From Oligoflexales bacterium (GTDB lineage Bacteria > Bdellovibrionota_B > Oligoflexia > Oligoflexales > Bog-1112), in NCBI GenBank assembly GCA_045105515.1, contig JBGCDR010000394.1:1-22157 (forward strand): DNA of 22,157 nucleotides. Reading direction: 5' to 3'. The translations under genes were made by a program, and so were the position numbers. A model generated the notes under the pieces. It saw only the letters and a program-made list of their open reading frames with translations, made no database searches and had not been told where the DNA came from. Shown here piece by piece: positions 8,875 through 17,622 of this stretch (position 1 is the stretch's first letter; each line of letters begins with the position of its first letter).

Positions 8875-10176
8875 ATGCTTAAGACCCAGTCTATTTTCTT
8901 TAAACTGCTTCTAGTCCTGCTAGGTATGGGTCTATTGGTTAATCTTGTCGTCTTCTACGGTTTTAAGCTGTCATTTGATGATGACGATTTTTTTCGGCAG
9001 GCGGGTTTTAAGAACTTAAAACAGTACCTCCATTATCTCATGGATGATATTGGTGACCCTCCTTCAGAATATAAACTAAAACGCTTGGCAAATGATATTG
9101 GTCTGGAGATCAGAATTCATGGAAATGGGCTAAAGCTCACCAGTAAGCAAGGCCTCCCCCAAGTTGTTGAACTTGAAAAACATCATATGAGGCATAAATT
9201 TAGACCTAAAGGACTGCCAGGAATCCAGGGCTATTTCGAGGGCTATTTTTTTAGTGTTCATGAACGAGGTGCTTATCAGTATGTTTTTTTTCTTGACGGT
9301 TCCTTAGAACGGCGAGAATTGCGCGAATGGGTCTTAGTCTTGAGTCTGGTGCTTTTGAGTGGTTTGATCTTTGTGAGTTATCTAATATTGAGAAAACTAC
9401 TGCACCCGATTAAGGATTTGGATATTGCGGTCAAGGAGGTGTCGCGAGGAAAGCTTGATACCACGCTCACAGTGAAGGGAAAAGGAGAGCTTGCTAGTCT
9501 GACTCAAGGATTCAATAATATGCTTGAATCTCTTAGCAATACGATTCATGCCAAGCAACAACTAGTCGTAGATGTTAGTCATGAGTTACGAACGCCTTTA
9601 ACTCGAATAAAAGTTGCTCTGGAAATGCTTCCCGAGCAAAAAGCTAAGCATCTGGTCCAGCAAGATATTCTGGTTATGGAAGAAATGATTAGTCTGATCT
9701 TAGATCAGGCTCGGTATGCGGCAGGAACTGTTAAGCTTGACATTCGAAAAGTTAACCTTGTTGAACTCCTGCGCAGAGTTGTAGCAGAATTTCATTCGGA
9801 TCGACTTGTATACCAGCAGATTCCGGAAAAGCTCGAAATTGATTCCGATGATAAACATCTGGGTATAGTTTTTCGAAACATCATCACAAATGCTCTCAAA
9901 TATTCAGAAGAGTTAGGTGAAGATGTGTTGCTTAACCTAGGTTTAGTTGATGGTAAAGTCGAATTTACCTGCGAAGATCGAGGGATTGGCATTGCTAGTA
10001 AAAACCTTTCGAAGGTTTTTGAGCCATTTTTTCGAGTCGATCCTTCAAGGCAAAGAAAAACTGGCGGTTTTGGCCTTGGCTTAGCCATGGTAAAACGAAT
10101 CTTAGACTCCTTGGGTGCTCAGATCGAAATTAGTTCAAAACAAGGGATCGGTACCAAGGTGAGGGTCATACTATAA
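8875..10176 (+). CDS. HAMP-domain sensor histidine kinase (CpxA/BaeS-like)
   Basis: Two TMs, HAMP, H-box DVSHELRTPL, N-box NIITNALKY, and G boxes DRGIGI and GGFGLGL. The ATG at 8875 follows the regulator stop. Confidence 0.95.
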   Translation: MLKTQSIFFKLLLVLLGMGLLVNLVVFYGFKLSFDDDDFFRQAGFKNLKQYLHYLMDDIGDPPSEYKLKRLANDIGLEIRIHGNGLKLTSKQGLPQVVELEKHHMRHKFRPKGLPGIQGYFEGYFFSVHERGAYQYVFFLDGSLERRELREWVLVLSLVLLSGLIFVSYLILRKLLHPIKDLDIAVKEVSRGKLDTTLTVKGKGELASLTQGFNNMLESLSNTIHAKQQLVVDVSHELRTPLTRIKVALEMLPEQKAKHLVQQDILVMEEMISLILDQARYAAGTVKLDIRKVNLVELLRRVVAEFHSDRLVYQQIPEKLEIDSDDKHLGIVFRNIITNALKYSEELGEDVLLNLGLVDGKVEFTCEDRGIGIASKNLSKVFEPFFRVDPSRQRKTGGFGLGLAMVKRILDSLGAQIEISSKQGIGTKVRVIL

Positions 10177-10275
10177 TAGTGATTTGTTAGCAATGTTCTT
10201 GTATTTTTTAGGTAAATCATTATTAAATAAAAGGTGAATGATTGCCTCCAAATTTTAAGTCAGTGGTTAGCCTAC

Positions 10276-11076
10276 ATGAACCTAAAAGATAGAATATACA
10301 AAGTTATTTTTGAAGCTGAGACTAAAGCTGGAAGGTTTTTTGATGTAATTTTAATTATCTGCATCCTTGCCAGCGTGCTTGTCATTTTTGCTGATAGCAT
10401 TGCTCCCTTGCGTGCCCAATACGGCGATCTTCTTGTTAATATTGAGTGGGGATTTACTATATTATTTACTTGTGAGTATTTTCTCAGGCTTTACTGTATT
10501 CGTAATCCAGGTGCTTATGCTCTGAGTTTTTTTGGTTTGATCGACCTTTTTTCTATTCTACCTACCTTTATTTCTGTGTTTGTGCCAGGGACCCAGTACC
10601 TACTGGTCATTAGAATTTTAAGGGTCCTGCGGGTATTTCGTGTGCTAAAACTAGTGAAATATCTTGGTGAGGCGCAGAATTTAAAGAATGCTCTTCAGGC
10701 TAGTGCGAAGAAAATAGTCGTTTTTTTGGTTGGCATTTTTACCTTGGTGGTAATTCTTGGGTCAATTATGTACTTAATTGAAGGTGAACAGAATGGCTTT
10801 ACCAGCATTCCACGAAGTATCTATTGGGCTATAGTCACGATCACTACGGTTGGTTATGGAGATATTTCCCCACAAACAGTGGTAGGACAAGCCCTTGCTT
10901 CTCTAGTTATGATTGTTGGTTTTGGAATTATAGCAATACCTACAGGGATTGTCACAGCCGAACTTACAAGTATGCAGCACATGAAAGGTTCATCAAGAAC
11001 TTGCACTTACTGCAGCGAAGAAGGTCATGATACCGATGCAGTGTTTTGTAAATATTGTGGAGAGAAACTCTTATAG
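10276..11076 (+). CDS. Voltage-gated-type potassium channel (ion transporter family) with a C-terminal zinc ribbon
   Basis: S4-like RILRVLRVFRVLK, selectivity filter TTVGYGD, and CTYC..FCKYCG tail. The ATG at 10276 is preferred to the GTG at 10234. Confidence 0.93.
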   Translation: MNLKDRIYKVIFEAETKAGRFFDVILIICILASVLVIFADSIAPLRAQYGDLLVNIEWGFTILFTCEYFLRLYCIRNPGAYALSFFGLIDLFSILPTFISVFVPGTQYLLVIRILRVLRVFRVLKLVKYLGEAQNLKNALQASAKKIVVFLVGIFTLVVILGSIMYLIEGEQNGFTSIPRSIYWAIVTITTVGYGDISPQTVVGQALASLVMIVGFGIIAIPTGIVTAELTSMQHMKGSSRTCTYCSEEGHDTDAVFCKYCGEKLL

Positions 11077-11092
11077 AGCTAGGCTCTGTAGC

Positions 11093-11464
11093 CTAAGCAA
11101 GCAGGTGGGTGATGGTATCTGAAATATGCTCATAGGTGGCAGGTTTTATAAGCCAAGCTTTGATACCAAAATTTCTTGCTTTTTGCATCAGTCGTGGATT
11201 TTGCTCAGTTGTTAGCATTATAATTGGGATGTTGATACTCCAGGTTCGCTTATCTTTTCTCAAGCTTTCCAGCATTTCAATTCCCCCCATAATAGGCATG
11301 TGTACGTCTAAAACCATGAGAACAATATCTTTGTTCTCAATAATTTTTTTTATGCCTTCTTCTCCATTCTCTGCAGTAATGGCCTCATGACCATCTTTTT
11401 CCACATAAGATGCTATTACGCGTCTGATTGTTTTCGAATCGTCAACGATAAGAATTTTTCCCAA
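11093..11464 (-). CDS. Single-domain CheY-like response regulator
   Basis: KILIVDDS, VLDVHMP, MLTTE and WLIKP. TTG start with an AAGGGGAAG RBS. Confidence 0.9.
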   Translation of the reverse strand: MGKILIVDDSKTIRRVIASYVEKDGHEAITAENGEEGIKKIIENKDIVLMVLDVHMPIMGGIEMLESLRKDKRTWSINIPIIMLTTEQNPRLMQKARNFGIKAWLIKPATYEHISDTITHLLA

Positions 11465-11477
11465 CTGGCTTCCCCTT

Positions 11478-11792
11478 TCAGCCTACGCATAAACCCTTTA
11501 GAAGTATTTTGTTGGTCCAAGAAAAGAATCCATGACTAGTAGAAAATTGAGTTGTAATACCAGTAATGTGCTTATTGACACACTTTTTTTGCAGATTCTT
11601 GTAGGCTTGATCCACATATTTGGTATCTCCTGCAAATCCAAATACTACAAATTGTTCTGATTTAGCTGCGACAATTCGCCCTTTTTTTGGACTTTTATAT
11701 GGTGTGAATGCGCTTGTATGCACAAGGTGAATGGAGTGAGAGCAGCCAAGCACAGTGATTACAAAAAATAAATTAAGAAACTTGTAAACCAT
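11478..11792 (-). CDS. Small lipoprotein (paralogue 3 of a tandem trio)
   Basis: Lipobox VLGC, LQKKC..ITGI and C-terminal KGLC. Confidence 0.8.
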   Translation of the reverse strand: MVYKFLNLFFVITVLGCSHSIHLVHTSAFTPYKSPKKGRIVAAKSEQFVVFGFAGDTKYVDQAYKNLQKKCVNKHITGITTQFSTSHGFFSWTNKILLKGLCVG

Positions 11793-11810
11793 TTTGAATC
11801 CATCCCTGCA

Positions 11811-12107
11811 CTATCTAAGGCAATAGCCCTGAGCTGATATAGTTCGTCTATGAGCAATTATATAATTAGTGACTTCATCTTTTGTTAGAAGACCTGTAAC
11901 CTTCCCTCTTTTGCATTTTTCTTTGAGGTTTTTTGGGACTTCATCAACAAAATCATTATCAAAGTTAAACCCAAGAAAGATAAATTTTGAGGCTTCGCTC
12001 TCTATTAATTTTTTCCTTACTTTGGGTATTTGGGTAAGAGAAACACTCTGCAAAGAAACGCACGAACTTAAGCCTAAACTCAAAAATAGTAGTAGCAAGT
12101 AATGCAT
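11811..12107 (-). CDS. Small lipoprotein (paralogue 2 of a tandem trio)
   Basis: Lipobox LSSC, LKEKC.RGKVTGL and C-terminal QGYC. Confidence 0.8.
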   Translation of the reverse strand: MHYLLLLFLSLGLSSCVSLQSVSLTQIPKVRKKLIESEASKFIFLGFNFDNDFVDEVPKNLKEKCKRGKVTGLLTKDEVTNYIIAHRRTISAQGYCLR

Positions 12108-12117
12108 AGGGTATCCT

Positions 12118-12543
12118 TTATTTTTTCTTACGCTTACAATAGCCAGTGATCTTAATAATTTCTCCGCTTATCACAGGATATTTCCTAGCTTCCCTGATTG
12201 ACATTAGACCGGTGAGCTTTCCTGATGGACATTGTTCATGTAATCTTAAAATCAGATCTTCTGCATAACGGTCTGAAAATACTCTACGTCCTGTACTGGG
12301 TCCTTGCTGGAACAAGCCTATGATAGCTGCGATGGTGTCAGCAGCTTCTCTGCCTTTTTTCGACGTAGAAATACCTTTTACCAGATTCCTTGCTTGCCTG
12401 ATATCTACCCCCATCTCACTAACTTTGATATTGATTGGGTACCATTTTGAATTACCGCGCTGGTCTATGTCAGAGACTTGCACATGGTGCAATACGGCAC
12501 ATGCTGGCAATATTGTCAGGAGCAACAAAAAGCTAGAACGCAT
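12118..12543 (-). CDS. Small lipoprotein (paralogue 1 of a tandem trio)
   Basis: Lipobox LPAC, LHEQCPSGKLTGL and C-terminal TGYC. Confidence 0.8.
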   Translation of the reverse strand: MRSSFLLLLTILPACAVLHHVQVSDIDQRGNSKWYPINIKVSEMGVDIRQARNLVKGISTSKKGREAADTIAAIIGLFQQGPSTGRRVFSDRYAEDLILRLHEQCPSGKLTGLMSIREARKYPVISGEIIKITGYCKRKKK

Positions 12544-12782
12544 GGCCTTCTCCAGTTCCCATTTTGATTAATTTCACTTATATTCTAACATTCAATGTGT
12601 GAAACTTTCTACGAGTGAGCTTAAAAAGTTTGTCATTAATATAGCTAATTTGTATATGCTGCTAAATTTTTTTATAATATAAGCGACCAGCCAGACAGTT
12701 TTAGAAATATTTTCCTTAGTAAATCTTGATTGACCCGTACCAATGGCATGCTAACAAAAGCAATAGTTGAAGAGGTAAATTG

Positions 12783-12908
12783 ATGAAAAAAATAGTCATC
12801 AAGAGCCCTAAAGCTCAATGGAGTTATTTGAGCCCTACGCGTCTTATTCTAGCAATGAAGCAAGTACGAAAAATCTACTATCGGATGTTTGACGCAGTGG
12901 AGAAATAA
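12783..12908 (+). CDS. Small basic hypothetical protein, 41 aa (MKKIVIKSPKAQWSYLSPTRLILAMKQVRKIYYRMFDAVEK)
   Basis: Translated by hand and absent from the ORF track. GAAGAGGT RBS just upstream. The stop lies 4 nt before the next ATG. Confidence 0.55.
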   Translation: MKKIVIKSPKAQWSYLSPTRLILAMKQVRKIYYRMFDAVEK

Positions 12909-12912
12909 TGAT

Positions 12913-13179
12913 ATGCAGGAGCTTTTCAATCTCGACGGAGAAATTGTCGCTACTTCGAATGGTAAATGGTTAACTGTTGGCCAAACCAAAGTTTTTCACT
13001 GGTATTGTGAATCAAGAAAGCATACTTACGTGGACCCGCAGCTCGCTTATTCGTGCTGTAAAAATGAACTTGATGAACCGGCTGCTGGATATGAGATTGA
13101 TCCTAAACATAGAGAGGAGAGGATTTTGGACAAAAACTGGTTTGAAGTTGCCCTCTTCAGAAATTGCGATATAGAGTAG
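12913..13179 (+). CDS. Small hypothetical protein, 88 aa, Cys/His-containing
   Basis: ATG at 12913 with GGAG at 12899-12902. Ends 6 nt before the Hsp70 gene. Confidence 0.65.
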   Translation: MQELFNLDGEIVATSNGKWLTVGQTKVFHWYCESRKHTYVDPQLAYSCCKNELDEPAAGYEIDPKHREERILDKNWFEVALFRNCDIE

Positions 13180-13185
13180 GCTCTT

Positions 13186-14460
13186 ATGACAGATTTAATA
13201 TATGCAGTAGATTTTGGGACCTCAAATTCACTTATTTCTGCAGCAAATGCTGTGCAGATAGGAAACCCCCTTCCCATTGATCCAAAGCAAGATGATCCTA
13301 GCATATTGAAAAGTGTTCTTTTTTCACCAGCGAGGGGTGATTGGTTCTATGGTCAGGAAGCGATCGATTCATATGGAGATCTTCTACATGAAGGCAGACT
13401 CTTACGGTCCTTTAAGAAATACCTCCCTGATCCCTCATTTGAGAGAACTACAATTCATGGTGCGAGCTATTCTATCATTGATATTGTTGCCACTTTCCTC
13501 AAGGAAATGCGTCAGCGAGCGGACAGGCATGTGGGTAGCTCGGTTGAGCGAGTGCTTATGGGGCGGCCTGCCGCATTTTCCTCGGATAAGAAGAAGGATA
13601 AGTTGGCCCAGGATCGGCTTGAAGCTGCAGCAAAGTCTGCAGGCTTCAAGGAGGTTTATTTTTGTCCCGAGCCAATAGCTGCGGCTTTCGAGTTCAAAGA
13701 AACCTTGACTGAACCTAAGACGGTATTGATAGCTGATTTTGGGGGCGGTACTTCTGATTTTACTGTGCTGCACATGAGTCAAAATGCCTTTAAAGAGTCC
13801 GATGTTTTATCTCTTGGAGGTCTATCACTGGCAGGTGACGCATACGATGGCTCCATAATGGAGCATATGATTAGCCCACATTTTGGTTCGGAATTGAGCT
13901 ATAAGCTACCACTAGGAAAGAATGAACTTAAGATTCCCAGGCATTTACTCAAGCGACTTTGTTCAGCGCCAGATATAGCGATGCTTGCCAAACGGGATAT
14001 TCTGAGCTTGCTAAGGGATGCTCAGCGGTGGTCTATGAACCCCGAAGATGCTTTAAGAATGCAGCGGTTATTTGTGCTTGTTGAGGACCATCTAGGCTAC
14101 AAGCTATTCCAGTCCATCGAGGCTACCAAGAGAAAATTGAGCGACCAAGCTTCCGATATTTTTGAGTTCGATTACCCAGAGATAGAAATCAGCCAAGAAG
14201 TATTTAGCAAAGATTTTACTGAACGTAGCTCTAATTTAACTAGACAGATTGTAAGTTGCTTAGATCAAACCCTGTCCGATGCAGGCATCAAAGCTGAAGA
14301 AATAGAGATTGTCTGTTGTACAGGCGGTACTGCAAAGATTGCATCCTTGCAAGAAGCTTTAGTGCAAAAATTTGGTCGGCAAAAACTGATGCAGCATCGA
14401 CATTTTCACTCTGTTATTAATGGATTAGCGCTTAAAGCTAAGGATATATGCTCAAGTTAG
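13186..14460 (+). CDS. yegD: Hsp70-family protein, YegD-like (ATPase domain only)
   Basis: VDFGTSNS, MGRP..FS, EPIAAA, ADFGGGTSDF and TGGT. 424 aa, lacking the DnaK substrate-binding domain. Confidence 0.88.
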   Translation: MTDLIYAVDFGTSNSLISAANAVQIGNPLPIDPKQDDPSILKSVLFSPARGDWFYGQEAIDSYGDLLHEGRLLRSFKKYLPDPSFERTTIHGASYSIIDIVATFLKEMRQRADRHVGSSVERVLMGRPAAFSSDKKKDKLAQDRLEAAAKSAGFKEVYFCPEPIAAAFEFKETLTEPKTVLIADFGGGTSDFTVLHMSQNAFKESDVLSLGGLSLAGDAYDGSIMEHMISPHFGSELSYKLPLGKNELKIPRHLLKRLCSAPDIAMLAKRDILSLLRDAQRWSMNPEDALRMQRLFVLVEDHLGYKLFQSIEATKRKLSDQASDIFEFDYPEIEISQEVFSKDFTERSSNLTRQIVSCLDQTLSDAGIKAEEIEIVCCTGGTAKIASLQEALVQKFGRQKLMQHRHFHSVINGLALKAKDICSS

Positions 14461-14576
14461 AGAGCCAAAAAGCGCCTTTGTCATGCCAAGCGTCCTTAAG
14501 CACCCCTATAATGTTGGTAAGGTTTTTTTGAGCGTCCTTTGTCGTTGGATGTTAATTACAGAAATTACTCTATAGG

Positions 14577-15689
14577 ATGGGTATGAGCAGTCAGAGTGTT
14601 CTATTGGCAGGCAAGACTGATGTAGTTGCAGCAGCAGCTAAAGCTTTCAAGGAAAAAGGGCAGCCGGTGCTTGTTGCTAGAAATTTTGAAGAATTGAGCC
14701 AAATTTTTGCCACTGAAATTGCTATATCGGTGATGCTTCTAGAGCTACAACTGGAAGATGTTAATGGCTTTAGTATTCTAGAAAATATCCGTAAAGGAAT
14801 GTTTAAGGGCTACCAAAGCTTGCCAATTGTGGTAGTGGCACCTGAAGGTCCTAAGCAGTTATATGAAAAGGCAAAATCGCTGAAAATCAGTGGATGGTTA
14901 TCGAAGCCTTTGAACGAATCAACTCTAAATATGATTTATGAAAAGTTTCTTTTGGCAAGTGGGGATGCTTCCACAAATATAAAAATTATTGATAATGTTC
15001 GTTATGTTTTTAAGCAAGAGCTGACTGAATACATACGAGACGAGCAGGATAATAAAATAAAGTGCTTTTCTTCAGATGTTAGTTCAAAAGAATTGAAGCT
15101 AGTGTCGTTTGAAAGTCTTCCTGTCGATTCCGTTGTTAGCTTTCTCTTGAAGGAAATTATCCCCTTGCGTGTAAGTTGGTCCAAGAATATTAAGCCAAAG
15201 GTATATTTTTCAAACCTATATCCCGTCGGTGACATAAACTTAGTTGCAAGAGTCTATGAAGCAGGGCTTTTAAAAAAGCTTGAGCCAATAAATTCCGGTG
15301 AAAAACTTCAGGATCAGCTAGCGAAAAAATATGATATCAAGATTTCAAGTATCCGGGAGCTTCTATCAAGGCTTCATAGTCGTGATAATTCACTTTTGCA
15401 AAAAGTTGGGCTTGACAAGGACTTAGTTCCCTTTGAAACCTATCCTATCCGCTATGAAGAGAAATCCATCATCATAGCGCTTAGCGCAGAGCTAAGCCCA
15501 GTCGAGCTTTCGAAGGGCTCAGACTCATTGTTACAGCAAAAAATGCAGATATTTGGTGCTTATAACCATGCTCGAACGCAAAAATGGTTAAAGATATGGC
15601 CCTTAGGGAAAGCAGCTGCATCTGGCAAAGTGGAAGTGAAGGAGGAAGCTAAGCTCGGAGAGAATGAATTTGAAGTGAAGGTTTCTTGA
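14577..15689 (+). CDS. Protein with an N-terminal degenerate receiver domain and an unknown C-terminal region
   Basis: Receiver-like pattern MLLELQLEDVNGF..LPIVVV..GWLSKP in the first ~125 aa. Confidence 0.75.
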   Translation: MGMSSQSVLLAGKTDVVAAAAKAFKEKGQPVLVARNFEELSQIFATEIAISVMLLELQLEDVNGFSILENIRKGMFKGYQSLPIVVVAPEGPKQLYEKAKSLKISGWLSKPLNESTLNMIYEKFLLASGDASTNIKIIDNVRYVFKQELTEYIRDEQDNKIKCFSSDVSSKELKLVSFESLPVDSVVSFLLKEIIPLRVSWSKNIKPKVYFSNLYPVGDINLVARVYEAGLLKKLEPINSGEKLQDQLAKKYDIKISSIRELLSRLHSRDNSLLQKVGLDKDLVPFETYPIRYEEKSIIIALSAELSPVELSKGSDSLLQQKMQIFGAYNHARTQKWLKIWPLGKAAASGKVEVKEEAKLGENEFEVKVS

Positions 15690-15718
15690 TTTAATGTTTT
15701 TACCTCATTGGTTTTATA

Positions 15719-16480
15719 ATGAGCTCAGATTTTTGCCTTAAAATTCTCACCTATAATATTCATAAAGGTTTTGGATACACCACCCGCTTAACCCTTGCTG
15801 ATATGCGTACGCAGCTTCATGAAGTTGGTGCTGACATAGTATGTTTACAAGAAATTCAAGAAGAACATCAGTCCAGGTTAAAGCGGCATCAAGAGTGGCC
15901 AATAGAAGGCCAACTGCAATACCTAGCAAGAGGATTGTGGCCTCATTATGCTTACGGTAAAAATGCTATTTATAACGCTGGCCACCATGGAAATGCTCTG
16001 CTAAGCAAGTATTCTTTCGCTCGTTGGGAAAACATTAAGTTGAATCGCTTGCCTATGTTCAGCAGAGGCTTGCTCCATGGAGTGATTTACTTAAGCCCCA
16101 TTAAAAAACCCCTTCATGTTATTTGTTTCCACTTGGGCTTAACCCAGCACATGCGTAACTGGCATGCCCATAGGCTATGTGAGTATATAAAAGGCAGTAT
16201 AGAACCACAAGATGCGCTTATTGTGGCTGGTGATTCCAATGATTTTTTTCAAAATCTTTCTCATTACTTTGATGAAGACTTGGGTTTAAAAGAAGCTCAC
16301 AAGCAAATTCACGGATTTTATGCACGCAGCTTCCCTTCCATCTTTCCTATGCTGGCCTTAGATCGGATCTATGTTCGAGGTCTAGAACCAATAGAAAGTC
16401 GGACTTTAGGGGGAAAGAAATGGCATTTTCTCTCCGATCACCTGCCCCTATATACCGAACTAAAGTGGACTGGCGCTTGA
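15719..16480 (+). CDS. Endonuclease/exonuclease/phosphatase (EEP) family protein, YbhP-like
   Basis: LTYNIHKG, DIVCLQE, GHHGNALLS, VAGDSND, LDRIYVRG and LSDHLP. Confidence 0.92.
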   Translation: MSSDFCLKILTYNIHKGFGYTTRLTLADMRTQLHEVGADIVCLQEIQEEHQSRLKRHQEWPIEGQLQYLARGLWPHYAYGKNAIYNAGHHGNALLSKYSFARWENIKLNRLPMFSRGLLHGVIYLSPIKKPLHVICFHLGLTQHMRNWHAHRLCEYIKGSIEPQDALIVAGDSNDFFQNLSHYFDEDLGLKEAHKQIHGFYARSFPSIFPMLALDRIYVRGLEPIESRTLGGKKWHFLSDHLPLYTELKWTGA

Positions 16481-16677
16481 TCCCTTGTTTTTCCTTTGTC
16501 AACTTCTTGCGAGGAAATACTTATATAATACGTACTATTTGTACGCACCAGTTCTCCAAAAACTCCAAATTTAATCGGCACATAAATACCTTGGATAGTC
16601 ACGGCATTAGAGTTTTGCTTAAGAGTGCCTCTCTATAGATCCGAAAAGTATAAAGTGAATAGATTAGGGATCACTTT

Positions 16678-17580
16678 ATGAAGATATTTTTGCCAATTGT
16701 TTTTTGTCTTACGATTGCATGTGGACAATTTTCTCGCAGCAATGACCATAGCTCCGATTTAGACTCTCCAGAGCAATCGCAAGCAAGTGCAACTGTGAGT
16801 GAGACTGATGACAATCAGGTGATCAAGCCTTCAACAGAAGCTAAACAAAAAGATTCGGAGGATAAAAGCCTATCTGAATCTGCAGAATCCAATATTGAGG
16901 ACGAGAATCAAGAACCGGGGCCAACTCTGGAGCAAAATATACTTGAGCCAGAGATTGTCGAGGCTCCCCCGTGTGTCGCTGACGAAACTTTAGCTAGCCC
17001 TAAAACCATAGAAGAAGCTGTTACTTTAATTAATTCTTTGCCCATGCCAGTATCCATTGTTTGTCTATTACAGGCACTAAAAAAGCCATTTCGCTTGGTT
17101 GCTACAAGAAGTAGTCTGAGTGCCCAACCAGCCAACGGAGAAGAAACTCCACGATTTTTTCTTTTTTACGATCAGCTTATTATTTCGGTGGTTCCAGGAG
17201 GAGATGGTAAAGATTTGGTAGAGTTTTCCTACCTTCTCTCGAATCGAGAATCTATCAAGGGAGAGCTAGAATTCCCAGTTTCCTCTCAACTAGATCTTAA
17301 GGAGCCTTATACTACATCCTTGAACAGAAAGGGTGATGGTAGTCGTTGTGCGGTTTGTCATGTAAATGAACGACCAGCTTCAGAAGATTTTCCAGAGAAT
17401 GCCTTTATATCCAAAGCTATTAAGCCCATGAATACACAAATTTCGCGACAGTTTACCCTTGATAAGATTTTGCTTGACTGTCAGTCTGCAAAAACCGAAC
17501 GCTGTGACATGATCAATGCCTTATTAGAGGCTCCTTATGAAGTCACAGACTTTCCTGAGTCAATGCCAAGCTTTTTCTAA
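16678..17580 (+). CDS. Hypothetical lipoprotein with an acidic linker and one CxxCH motif (putative c-type cytochrome)
   Basis: Lipobox TIAC, S/E/D/Q-rich linker, RCAVCH motif and additional Cys residues. Confidence 0.75.
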   Translation: MKIFLPIVFCLTIACGQFSRSNDHSSDLDSPEQSQASATVSETDDNQVIKPSTEAKQKDSEDKSLSESAESNIEDENQEPGPTLEQNILEPEIVEAPPCVADETLASPKTIEEAVTLINSLPMPVSIVCLLQALKKPFRLVATRSSLSAQPANGEETPRFFLFYDQLIISVVPGGDGKDLVEFSYLLSNRESIKGELEFPVSSQLDLKEPYTTSLNRKGDGSRCAVCHVNERPASEDFPENAFISKAIKPMNTQISRQFTLDKILLDCQSAKTERCDMINALLEAPYEVTDFPESMPSFF

Positions 17581-17622
17581 GTTTGCTGCAATAGCGCAAA
17601 AATCTGTTATTCTGCTAAAACT

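Noticed and set aside
13186..14460. dnaK
   Set aside because: Too short and lacks the substrate-binding domain. Its motifs fit YegD.
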